Source: an uncultured Candidatus Rokubacteria bacterium
GTDB taxonomy: Bacteria > Methylomirabilota > Methylomirabilia > Rokubacteriales > DASRDR01
Reading direction: 5' to 3'
Assembly (NCBI GenBank): GCA_963805625.1
Contig: CAWDVE010000010.1
Span: 1,408,001 to 1,472,000, forward strand
DNA length: 64,000 bases
Below are positions 1 to 10,543 of the stretch, one piece after another; the first letter of the stretch is position 1; every line of letters starts with the position of its first letter. The notes beneath the pieces were generated by a model. That model saw only the letters and a list, made by a program, of their open reading frames with translations. It searched no databases and had not been told where the DNA came from. Made by a program: the position numbers and the translations under genes.

Positions 1-348
1 GATGCCGCCCACCCCCGTCGCCGCGCCCTGGAACGGCTCGATGAACGACGGGTGGTTGTGGCTCTCGATCTTGAAGGCGAGGCCGAACCCGCCCCCGACG
101 TCCACGATACCGGCGTTCTCGCCCGGGCCCTGGAGCACGTGCGGGCCCTTCGTCGGAAGGCGCCGGAGGTGGACGCGCGAGGACTTGTACGAGCAGTGCT
201 CGGACCAGAGGGCGGAGAAGAGGCCGAGCTCCGCGTAGGTGGGGTCTCGCCCGATCAGGTGGACGACGCGATCGTACTCCTCACGCGTCAGCCCGTGCGA
301 GACGGCCAGATCCGGGGTGACCTTCGGCTCGGATCCGCTCACTGGCAT
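1..348 (-). CDS. purL: FGAM synthase subunit PurL, N-terminal part (runs off window start)
   Basis: Manual translation from ATG at 348: ...[11 protein letters not shown]...GPGENAG...[26 protein letters not shown], PurL signature motifs; follows purQ. Confidence 0.96.
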   Translation of the reverse strand, partial: MPVSGSEPKVTPDLAVSHGLTREEYDRVVHLIGRDPTYAELGLFSALWSEHCSYKSSRVHLRRLPTKGPHVLQGPGENAGIVDVGGGFGLAFKIESHNHPSFIEPFQGAATGVGGI

Positions 349-366
349 CCGCGCCTCTCCCCCGCC

Positions 367-1080
367 CTAGCGGCCGAGCACGGATCCGTTCTCGACGAGG
401 CTTCCCAGCAGCGAGTGGAAGAGGAGCAGCCCGTCGGTGCTGCCCACCGTGGTCTCGGCCGCGCGCTCGGGATGCGGCATGAGCCCGACGACCGTGCCCT
501 CCTCGTTCGAGACGCCGGCGATGTTCCAGACCGAGCCGTTCGGATTCGCGCCGGCGGTGATCTCACCGGCCTCCGTCGCGTAGCGGAAGACAATCTGGTC
601 GCGCTCCCGGAGCTGGCGGAGGAGCGCCGGCTCGGCGTGGTAGCGGCCCTCGCCGTGGGCGATCGGCATCTTGAGGACCTGGCCGCGCCGGAGCCCGCGG
701 GTGAAGGGGCTCTCGGTCTGCTCCACGGCGACGTGGATCCACTGGCAGCGGAACTGGAGACACTCGTTTCTCAGGAGGGTTCCGGGAAGGAGGCCGGCCT
801 CGCAGAGGATCTGGAAGCCGTTGCAGCTCCCCAGCACCAGCCCGCCGCGGGCCACGAAGCCCGTCAGCGCCTCGACGATCGGCGAGCGGCCCGCCACGGC
901 GCCCGCCCGCAGATAGTCGCCGTAGGAGAAACCACCTGGCAGGACGAGACAATCAAAGCGGTCGACATCGGTGTCCCGGTGCCACACGTACTCGACCGGC
1001 TGGTGGAGCACCTGTGAGATGACGTGGTGGAAGTCCATGTCACTCCACGTGCCCGGGAAGATCACGACGCCGAATCGCAT
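367..1080 (-). CDS. purQ: FGAM synthase glutaminase subunit PurQ
   Basis: MRFGVVIFPG start; PGGFSYGDYLR, GSCNGFQIL and MPHPER motifs. Confidence 0.96.
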   Translation of the reverse strand: MRFGVVIFPGTWSDMDFHHVISQVLHQPVEYVWHRDTDVDRFDCLVLPGGFSYGDYLRAGAVAGRSPIVEALTGFVARGGLVLGSCNGFQILCEAGLLPGTLLRNECLQFRCQWIHVAVEQTESPFTRGLRRGQVLKMPIAHGEGRYHAEPALLRQLRERDQIVFRYATEAGEITAGANPNGSVWNIAGVSNEEGTVVGLMPHPERAAETTVGSTDGLLLFHSLLGSLVENGSVLGR

Positions 1081-1141
1081 GAAGCCTCCTCCTCCGGTGA
1101 AGTCGCGGTCACACCTCCCGGCGAATTGCTCGGACGAACGA

Positions 1142-1170
1142 ATTCTACTACGCGGCCCACACCCGCACAA
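1142..1170 (-). promoter_or_regulatory. Putative sigma70 promoter for purQL
   Basis: TTGTGC-N17-TAGAAT on minus strand in purS-purQ spacer. Confidence 0.55.
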
Positions 1171-1181
1171 GCCGACGGCGG

Positions 1182-1448
1182 TCAGCTCGCGCGCCGGCCG
1201 TCGTCGCCCTCCACCACCTCGCAGGTGTAGTCCTCGATCACGGGATTGGCGAGGAGCTTCCGGCACATCTCGTCCAGTCGCTGCCGTGCCCGCCCCGCGT
1301 CGGTCTCGTCGAGCGTGAGATCGAGCACCTTCCCCACCCGCATGTCACGCACCTCGGGGAAGCCGAGCCCCTCGAGCGCCCGCCGGATGGTCGTTCCCTG
1401 GGGATCCAGGATCCCCGGCCGCAGCCGCACCACGATCCGCGCCTTCAT
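1182..1448 (-). CDS. purS: FGAM synthase subunit PurS
   Basis: MKARIVVRLRPGILDPQG...LLANPVIEDY; ATGA overlap with purB stop. Confidence 0.95.
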   Translation of the reverse strand: MKARIVVRLRPGILDPQGTTIRRALEGLGFPEVRDMRVGKVLDLTLDETDAGRARQRLDEMCRKLLANPVIEDYTCEVVEGDDGRRAS

Positions 1449-2761
1449 GCCTCTGCCGATCCTCCCTGGACAAGCCCGGCGCGACGGAACACTGTGTCGA
1501 CGTGACGCAGGTACCAACCGGGATCGAAGCAGGCCTTGAGGGTTTCCGAGCCTAGGTGACGGCTCACCGCGGGGTCGGACTCGAGGCACTCGAGGAAGGC
1601 CCGGCGCTCCTCCCACGCGCGCATCGCGTTCCGCTGGACCACCTCGTACGCAGCCTGACGCGCCAGGCCGGCCTCGGTGAGGGCCAGGAGCACGCGCTGG
1701 GAGTACACCAAGCCGTACGAGCGGTCGAGGTTCTCGCGCATCCGCTCAGGATAGACCCGGAGCCCGTCCAGGATCCGGACGGTCTGCCCGAGCAGGTAGT
1801 CGAGCAGGATGGTCGTGTCGGGCAGCACGATGCGCTCGACGGAGGAGTGGCTGATGTCCCGCTCATGCCAGAGCGCGATGTCCTCGAGCGCGGCGCCGGC
1901 GTGGGCGCGGAGCACGCGGGCCAGCCCCGTCACCTGCTCGCATAGCCATGGGTTCCGCTTGTGGGGCATCGCGGACGAGCCTTTCTGGCCCTCGGCGAAC
2001 GGCTCCTCCGCCTCTAGAATCTCCGTCCGCTGGAGGCTCCGAATCTCGGTAGCGATCCGCTCGAGGCCCCCGCCCACGATGGCGCACACGGAGACGAGCT
2101 CGGCATGCCGGTCGCGCTGCACGACCTGAGTAGACACCGGCTCGGGCTCGAGCCCGAGAGCGTGGCATACCTCCCGTTCGAGATCGGGCGGGACGTGAGC
2201 GAAGGTACCGACGGCGCCGGAGATCTTCCCCACCCGGATGGCTTCCCGGGCCCGGGCCAGACGCTCCCGGTTCCGCCCGGCCTCCATGTACCAGCCGGCG
2301 GCCTTGAGGCCGAAGGTGGTCGGCTCCGCGTGAACTCCGTGAGTCCGGCCGACCGTCAGTGTGTCCCGGTGGCGGAGGGCGAGCCGGCGGAGACTCTCGC
2401 GGAGACGGTCCACGCCCACGATCAGCCGGTCGGCCGCCTCAACGAGCGCGAGTGCCAGCGCCGTGTCCACCACATCCGAGGAGGTCAGGCCCACGTGGAC
2501 GAACCGAGAGTCCGCGCCGATCGAACCCTCGAGGTCCGTGAGGAAGGCGATGACGTCGTGGTGAACCCGGGCCTCGATCTCCGCGATGCGGCCGGCGTCG
2601 ACCCGCGCCCGCTGGCGGATCCGGTCGAGCGCGTCGGCCGGAACGACGCCCCGGCGCGCCCAGGCCTCGCACACCGCCAGCTCGACCCGGAGCCAGCGCA
2701 CGTACTTGGCGGCGTCGCCCCAGAGGGCGCCCATCTCGGGACGGGTGTAGCGGGAGATCAC
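1445..2761 (-). CDS. purB: Adenylosuccinate lyase
   Basis: MISRY start, GRTHGVHAEP, GSSAMPHKRNP signature, LWHERDISHSS. Confidence 0.97.
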   Translation of the reverse strand: MISRYTRPEMGALWGDAAKYVRWLRVELAVCEAWARRGVVPADALDRIRQRARVDAGRIAEIEARVHHDVIAFLTDLEGSIGADSRFVHVGLTSSDVVDTALALALVEAADRLIVGVDRLRESLRRLALRHRDTLTVGRTHGVHAEPTTFGLKAAGWYMEAGRNRERLARAREAIRVGKISGAVGTFAHVPPDLEREVCHALGLEPEPVSTQVVQRDRHAELVSVCAIVGGGLERIATEIRSLQRTEILEAEEPFAEGQKGSSAMPHKRNPWLCEQVTGLARVLRAHAGAALEDIALWHERDISHSSVERIVLPDTTILLDYLLGQTVRILDGLRVYPERMRENLDRSYGLVYSQRVLLALTEAGLARQAAYEVVQRNAMRAWEERRAFLECLESDPAVSRHLGSETLKACFDPGWYLRHVDTVFRRAGLVQGGSAEA

Positions 2762-2774
2762 CAGCGGGCCCGCC

Positions 2775-4061
2775 TCAGACCCGAACCCCCTCGGGGAGCC
2801 GGACGTCCGGGCTCTTGGGGCCGAGGGCGACCAGCGACAACGGCCCGGCGAGGAGACGCTCCCCGAGGACCTTCACGTCCTGCACGGTCACCCGCTCGAT
2901 GTCGGCGAGGATCTCGTCGAACGTATGCGCCCGGCGGAAGTACAGCTCCTGCTTGGCGATTCGGGTCATGCGGCTCCCCGTCGACTCGAGCGAGAGCATC
3001 AGGCTCCCCTTGAGGTGATCCTTCGCCCGCCGGAGCTCGTCGGCCGTGACCCCCTCGGCCCGCAGCGACCGAAACTCCTTGAGCGTCAGGTCCACGACGC
3101 GCCGGAAGTGCGCGGGTTCGGTCCCCGCGTACACGTAGAAGAGCCCGCCGTCGCGGAAGGCCGCGTTGCCGGAGTGGATCGAGTAGACCAGGCCCTCGCG
3201 CTCCCGCACCGCCTGGAACAGGCGCGAGGACATGCTTCCCCCGAAGATGGTGTTCAGGAGAAACAGCGCGTAACGCTCGGGGGCGTCCTGCTCGAGCCCC
3301 GGCCCCCCGAGCACGAAGTGCACCTGCTCGAGCGGGCGCTCGAGCAGGTCGAGGCTGGTCGTCAGGACGGGCGGCTCGGCCGTCCTCGGCGTCCTGGGCT
3401 GTTGGAAGTCGAGGAACCGGCTTCCGAGCAGGTCCACCAGCTGCTCGTGACGAAGATGACCGGCGGCGGCGATCGTGATGCGTTCGGGGGAGTACTCCGT
3501 GCGGAAGTAGTGCAGCAGGGTGTCTCGGTCGAACGCCTGCACGACCTTCCGGTCGCCAAGGATCGGGCGGCCGAGCGGATGCTGCGGCCAGATTCGCTCG
3601 GCGAAGAGATCGTGGATCACGTCGTCAGGCGTGTCCTCCACCATCCCGAACTCCTGGAGGACGACCGTCTTCTCGCGCTCGATGTCCCCGGCGTCGAACC
3701 GGGGATGGAGGAGGATGTCGGAAAGGAGGTCAGCGGCGAGCGGCAGGTGCTCGTCGAGCACCGTCACGTAGAAGCAGGTGTGCTCCTTCGTGGTGAACGC
3801 ATCCATCTGGCCGCCGACCGAGTCGACCGCGCGGGCGATGTCCTCGGCCGACCGGGACTCGGTGCCCTTGAAGACGAGATGCTCGATGAAGTGGGAGATC
3901 CCGCCCCGGTCGGCGGGCTCGTGGCGGCTCCCCGTGTCCACCCACACCCCCACGGCAACCGAGCGGACGTGGGGGATCCACTCCGTGACCAGTCGGATCC
4001 CGTTGGGGAGGATCGTCTTGCGGTACCCGCCCCCCTCCACGCTTGCCGTGGGGTCGGTCAC
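2775..4061 (-). CDS. M16 (pitrilysin) family zinc peptidase
   Basis: HxxEH inverted zinc motif (HFIEH), SSRLFQAVREREGLVY; usual position after pnp. Confidence 0.93.
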   Translation of the reverse strand: MTDPTASVEGGGYRKTILPNGIRLVTEWIPHVRSVAVGVWVDTGSRHEPADRGGISHFIEHLVFKGTESRSAEDIARAVDSVGGQMDAFTTKEHTCFYVTVLDEHLPLAADLLSDILLHPRFDAGDIEREKTVVLQEFGMVEDTPDDVIHDLFAERIWPQHPLGRPILGDRKVVQAFDRDTLLHYFRTEYSPERITIAAAGHLRHEQLVDLLGSRFLDFQQPRTPRTAEPPVLTTSLDLLERPLEQVHFVLGGPGLEQDAPERYALFLLNTIFGGSMSSRLFQAVREREGLVYSIHSGNAAFRDGGLFYVYAGTEPAHFRRVVDLTLKEFRSLRAEGVTADELRRAKDHLKGSLMLSLESTGSRMTRIAKQELYFRRAHTFDEILADIERVTVQDVKVLGERLLAGPLSLVALGPKSPDVRLPEGVRV

Positions 4062-4085
4062 GCGGGCCCCGAAGAACGGCCGCTG

Positions 4086-6317
<2,232 letters not shown>

Positions 6318-6440
6318 GTCGTTGCCATCCTCTCGTGCCGGACACGGCGGACCACACGGTCGGGTCCACCCCACCGGCCACTGCCCGGAAGGTCACGTTC
6401 CTCCCGGGCCCTGCGAGACTGCTCCCGGCGTTGCCGGGGC

Positions 6441-6710
6441 CTACCGCCGAAGCCCGAGCTTCTCGAGAATCTGGCGGTAGCGCTCGATTTCTGTGCGCTT
6501 GAGGTATTCGAGGAGTCCGCGACGCTGGCCGATCAGGCGCAGCAATCCGCGGCGGGAGTGGTGGTCCTTGACGTGGGACTTGAAGTGCTCGGTCAGCCCG
6601 TTGATCCGCTCCGTGAGGAGCGCGATCTGCACCTCGGGGGATCCGGTGTCGCCGTCGTGACGCCCGTATCCATCGATCAGGGCCTTTTTCCGGTCGGCAG
6701 GCACGGACAT
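6441..6710 (-). CDS. rpsO: 30S ribosomal protein S15
   Basis: [13 protein letters not shown]...[10 protein letters not shown]; GGAGGA RBS upstream of ATG 6710. Confidence 0.98.
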   Translation of the reverse strand: MSVPADRKKALIDGYGRHDGDTGSPEVQIALLTERINGLTEHFKSHVKDHHSRRGLLRLIGQRRGLLEYLKRTEIERYRQILEKLGLRR

Positions 6711-6826
6711 GGCTGAGGTCCTCCTCCGGGGGGTCCAGCCCCCCAATCGCCGCCCCTGGTGCAGGCCGTGTACTGCACCGGTGGGACGGTTCACCACACG
6801 CTAAGGCACTCCAATTCAACCGACGC

Positions 6827-6855
6827 ATCGTACCACGCGAGGTTGCCGTATGCAA
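6827..6855 (-). promoter_or_regulatory. Putative sigma70 promoter of rpsO-pnp
   Basis: TTGCAT-N17-TACGAT with extended TGn -10 on minus strand. Confidence 0.6.
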
Positions 6856-6915
6856 CCGACGCGCCCGCGCCGCGCGGCAACGACACGCGCGACGGCGGAA
6901 GCCCCGCCCGGCCGA

Positions 6916-7845
6916 TCAGGGGCTCTGGCGCAACATCCGCCGCGCGGTCACGACATCCTCGGCGATCTGCGCGCGGAGGGCCTCGAGGGAGCCGAATCGC
7001 CGCTCGGTGCGAATCCGGTCGAGGAAAGCGAGCGTGAGGTGCCGCCCGTAGAGGTCCGGCGCTACGTCGAGGAGGTGCGCCTCGACGAGACGGGTCGTGC
7101 CGTCCACGGTGGGCCGCACCCCGACGTTGACCACCGCCGGGGCGGACTCCCCGTCCCACGCGGCCCGGGCCGTGTACACCCCGTCCGCGAGCAGGAGCCC
7201 CGGAGCCCCGGTCAGGTTGGCCGTCGGAAACCCGAGGGTGCGCCCGCGGGCCGCACCCCGGGTCACGACGCCCGCGAGCGTATAGGGACGCCCCAGGAGG
7301 CTCGCCGCGCGCCGGACCTGTCCGTCGCGGAGGGCTTCGCGGATCGCCGTCGACGAGACGGCGACACCGTCGACCCGGAGAGGCGCCACGACGTGGACGA
7401 CGACCCCTACCGGCTCCGCCAAGCGCCGGAGAAGCTCGGGGGTCCCGCGAGCTCCCCGTCCGAACGCGTGGTTGAAGCCGACGACGATCTCCCTCGCCCC
7501 GAGCAGCCCGAGAAGGACGTCCCGCACGTAGGCCTCGGCCTCGACCTGCGAGAACTCGGCCGTGAAGGGAATGACGAGGCAGGCCTCCGGACCGAGTTCC
7601 GCGATGCGCTCGAGCCGCTCGTCGAGCGGCAGGAGCTCGGACGGCGCCTCCGCCGGCCGGAGGACCGCGAGAGGATTCGGCTCGAAGGTCACGGCGACCG
7701 GCCGGACCCCGAGCTCCCGCGCCCGCACGACCGCCGTGCGGATCACTGCCTGGTGCCCCAGGTGGATGCCGTCAAATGTCCCCTGGGCCACCACGCTGGG
7801 CGGCGCGTCAGGACGATACTGGTCGAGGCCGCGAACGATCTGCAT
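6916..7845 (-). CDS. ribF: Bifunctional riboflavin kinase/FAD synthetase
   Basis: GTFDGIHLGH, VSSTAIR, GRTLGFPTAN, NVGVRPT, EAHLLD motifs. Confidence 0.96.
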   Translation of the reverse strand: MQIVRGLDQYRPDAPPSVVAQGTFDGIHLGHQAVIRTAVVRARELGVRPVAVTFEPNPLAVLRPAEAPSELLPLDERLERIAELGPEACLVIPFTAEFSQVEAEAYVRDVLLGLLGAREIVVGFNHAFGRGARGTPELLRRLAEPVGVVVHVVAPLRVDGVAVSSTAIREALRDGQVRRAASLLGRPYTLAGVVTRGAARGRTLGFPTANLTGAPGLLLADGVYTARAAWDGESAPAVVNVGVRPTVDGTTRLVEAHLLDVAPDLYGRHLTLAFLDRIRTERRFGSLEALRAQIAEDVVTARRMLRQSP

Positions 7846-8770
7846 GGACGAGGCGAAGCGGACGGAGTCCCTCGGGCGACAGCTCACCGATCCCGAGAAA
7901 GCTCGCGCCGGTGTACACACGGCACGGAACCGACCCCGCCGGGGCGTCGGGGGGCGTGAGCTCGGACACGGAAACACGCAGGCCGTTGGCCAGCCGCCGG
8001 CCAGCGTCCAGTGACAGGTGGACAGCTGGCAGGTGAGCGACGGCGCGATCGGCCGGAAGGATGTCGGCGGCCAGCACCGCGGCGTTTCCCTCCTGGATGA
8101 CCGCCCACGGAACGGCGTCCTCGAGACGGAGGGGCCCGACGCGCGTACGCGCGAGCGCCTCGACGTGGCCCCCACACCGGAGCGCCTCGCCGACGTCCGC
8201 CGCAAGGCTCCGGACGTACGTCCCCGATCCGCATGCCACACGGACGCGGAGGCGGGGCGGCGCGTACTCGATCAGCTCGAAGGCATGGACGCGGACCCGT
8301 CGAGGCGACCGCTCGACGACGATCCCTGCCCGTGCCAGCTCGTGAAGGCGCCGGCCCCCCGCATGGAGCGCCGAGTACATGGGCGGCACCTGCTCGATCT
8401 CACCGACGAACCTCGCCAGCACGGCGCGTACGTCGTCCGCCGTCAGGGACGGGACCGGCCATTCCCCGGTCACGGCGCCGGTCGCGTCGAGAGTATCCGT
8501 GGCGATGCCGAGCTGGATGGTGGCCAGGTACTCCTTGTCCTGACCCTGGAGATGTCCGGTGAGCTTGGTTCCCTCACCCAGGAGGATGGGCAGGAGCCCC
8601 GTCGCTATGGGATCGAGTGTGCCTCCGTGGCCGACTTTGGGAACGCGGAGCACCCGGCGAAGATGCGCGACGACCTGGAACGAGGTGACCCCCGGCCCTT
8701 TGTCGGCCAGCAGGAGACCGTCCGAGACCATCGGTGACGGATGCCGCCCGCGCTCGCTGGGGCTCGCCAC
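7808..8770 (-). CDS. truB: tRNA pseudouridine(55) synthase
   Basis: KVGHGGTLDP, QVPPMYSA, GTYVRSLA motifs; start may be ATG 8731. Confidence 0.96.
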   Translation of the reverse strand: MASPSERGRHPSPMVSDGLLLADKGPGVTSFQVVAHLRRVLRVPKVGHGGTLDPIATGLLPILLGEGTKLTGHLQGQDKEYLATIQLGIATDTLDATGAVTGEWPVPSLTADDVRAVLARFVGEIEQVPPMYSALHAGGRRLHELARAGIVVERSPRRVRVHAFELIEYAPPRLRVRVACGSGTYVRSLAADVGEALRCGGHVEALARTRVGPLRLEDAVPWAVIQEGNAAVLAADILPADRAVAHLPAVHLSLDAGRRLANGLRVSVSELTPPDAPAGSVPCRVYTGASFLGIGELSPEGLRPLRLVHADRSRPRPVSS

Positions 8771-9739
8771 TCACCGACGGGCGGCGAGCGCCTCCCGGAC
8801 GGCGCCCAGCACCGCTACCTTCGCGTCGGCCAAACTCCCCGACCGGATCAGGCCAGCCGCGTTCGGGTGGCCTCCGCCGCCGAGGCGGGCCGCGATGCGG
8901 GCCACGTCTACCTCACCCTTGGCGCGGAGGCTCACCTTCACCCCGTCCGCCAGTTCGCGGAAGAGTACCGCCACCTTGGCGGTGCGTACGGAGCGAGGGT
9001 AGTTCACGAATTCCTCGGCCTCCGGCAGATCCGGCGAGCTCGCCAGTGCGCGGTCGATCACCAGCCAGGCCACCGCCCCGTCGGCGTCGGTCTCGATCCC
9101 CTGGAGGATCTGGCCCAGGAGACGCAGCCCGCCCAGCTGGCGTGTCTCATAGACCGTCGTGGCGACCTGGGCAGGATCCACGCCAACCTCCACGAGGCGC
9201 GCGGCCACGCGGAAGGTCTTCGGGGTCGTGTTCGAGTAGCGAAAGGACCCCGTGTCGGTGACGATCGCCGTGTAGAGGTTTATCGCAACCTCGGCGCTGA
9301 GCGGGAGCCCAGCGGCCTCGATCAGGTCGTAGACCATCTCACCGGTGGCGGCCGCCCGGGTGTCCACCCAGTTGACGTCACCGTAACGGCGGTTGTCCCC
9401 GTGGTGGTCGATGTTGAGGACCTGCACCCCCGGACCGCGGGCGCCATCGAGGAGACCCCCGAGCCGCCCGGGATCCGGGCAGTCGAGCGCGACGACCAGG
9501 TCGAACTCGTTCCGGCCCGCCTTCCACTGCTGGACGTCGGCCGCGCCCGGCAGGAAGTGGAACGGGTCCGGAACCGGATGCGCGCACGCGAAGGTTACCG
9601 CCCGCCCCCCTGCCCGGAGCGCGAGGCCCAGCCCGAGCTGTGACCCGAGCACGTCCCCGTCGGGATAGACGTGAGCGAAGAGGAGCACCCGCCGGCCCCG
9701 CTCGACTGCGTCCACGACCTCCCGAGGAACGAGGCTCAC
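8771..9739 (-). CDS. nrnA: DHH/DHHA1 family phosphoesterase (NrnA-like)
   Basis: HxxPDGD, IDHH, TDTGSF, GGGH motifs; rbfA-truB context. Confidence 0.88.
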   Translation of the reverse strand: MSLVPREVVDAVERGRRVLLFAHVYPDGDVLGSQLGLGLALRAGGRAVTFACAHPVPDPFHFLPGAADVQQWKAGRNEFDLVVALDCPDPGRLGGLLDGARGPGVQVLNIDHHGDNRRYGDVNWVDTRAAATGEMVYDLIEAAGLPLSAEVAINLYTAIVTDTGSFRYSNTTPKTFRVAARLVEVGVDPAQVATTVYETRQLGGLRLLGQILQGIETDADGAVAWLVIDRALASSPDLPEAEEFVNYPRSVRTAKVAVLFRELADGVKVSLRAKGEVDVARIAARLGGGGHPNAAGLIRSGSLADAKVAVLGAVREALAARR

Positions 9740-10113
9740 GTCGGCTTCTCCGATCCGGGCTCCTCGGGCGGCCCCGCCTCGGTCCTGAGCCCCTCGAGCA
9801 CCGTCTGGATGTGGGCGGCGTGGGCCATCGACCGGTCGGGATGGAACGTGAAGTGCGGGACGGTCCGGAGGCGGAGCCGCGGGACGAGCCAGTTCCGGAT
9901 GAAGCCGCGGGCGCTCTCAAGGGCCTGGAGCGACGCCTGCCACTCGGTCTCGGGGCCGAGCACGCTCACGTAGACCTTCGCCGTCCGGAGGTCCTTGGAG
10001 ACGTCCACCTCGGTGACGGTCACGAAGCCGAGACGAGGATCCTTCAGCTCACGCTGGATGAGGTAGGAGATCTCCTCCCGGATCAGCTGGTTCACCCGCT
10101 GGAGTCGGCTCAT
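9736..10113 (-). CDS. rbfA: Ribosome-binding factor A
   Basis: RLQRVNQLIREEIS...DPRLGFVTVTEVDVSKDLRTAKVYVS. Confidence 0.96.
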   Translation of the reverse strand: MSRLQRVNQLIREEISYLIQRELKDPRLGFVTVTEVDVSKDLRTAKVYVSVLGPETEWQASLQALESARGFIRNWLVPRLRLRTVPHFTFHPDRSMAHAAHIQTVLEGLRTEAGPPEEPGSEKPT

Positions 10114-10234
10114 GGATCAGGCGTCGACTTCCAACCAATCGCGTCCGGCGCGGCGTAACAGCGCCCCGGGTGCGATGGTGTCGAGGGTCTCGGCGGGGCC
10201 AACCTGGTCGGAGATCAAAGGCCGCCTGATCCCG

Positions 10235-10519
10235 TCAGAGCATCTCGACGCGCACGTCGATGACCGCCCCGTCGGACAGGGACTCGATGAAGTTGACGGC
10301 CTTCGAGACGACCTCGTTGGCCAGCCGGGAGTCGTTCGCCACACACGCGACCGCCAGCGTCGCGCGCTGCCACAGGTCGCCGTGATCGACCTCGGCAATC
10401 GACACGTTGAAGCGCTGCTTGACCCGCTCCTTCATGCCGCGGAGGACGTGACGCTTGCCCTTGAGCGAGTCGACCTCGCCGAGGTGCAGTTCCACGAGAC
10501 CGAGCGCGACCTGGACCAC
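10235..10519 (-). CDS. DUF503 family protein (YlxP-like)
   Basis: SLKGKR, RFNVSIAEVD..DLWQRA; infB-rbfA position. Confidence 0.9.
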   Translation of the reverse strand: MVQVALGLVELHLGEVDSLKGKRHVLRGMKERVKQRFNVSIAEVDHGDLWQRATLAVACVANDSRLANEVVSKAVNFIESLSDGAVIDVRVEML

Positions 10520-10543
10520 GGGCGTCGTCTGGACGTCCCCCCG

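Noticed and set aside
10117-10220. Possible 33-aa ORF (LISDQVGPAET...WLEVDA) between DUF503 and rbfA
   Set aside because: TTG start, weak RBS and no recognisable motif; cannot be supported without homology or ribosome data.
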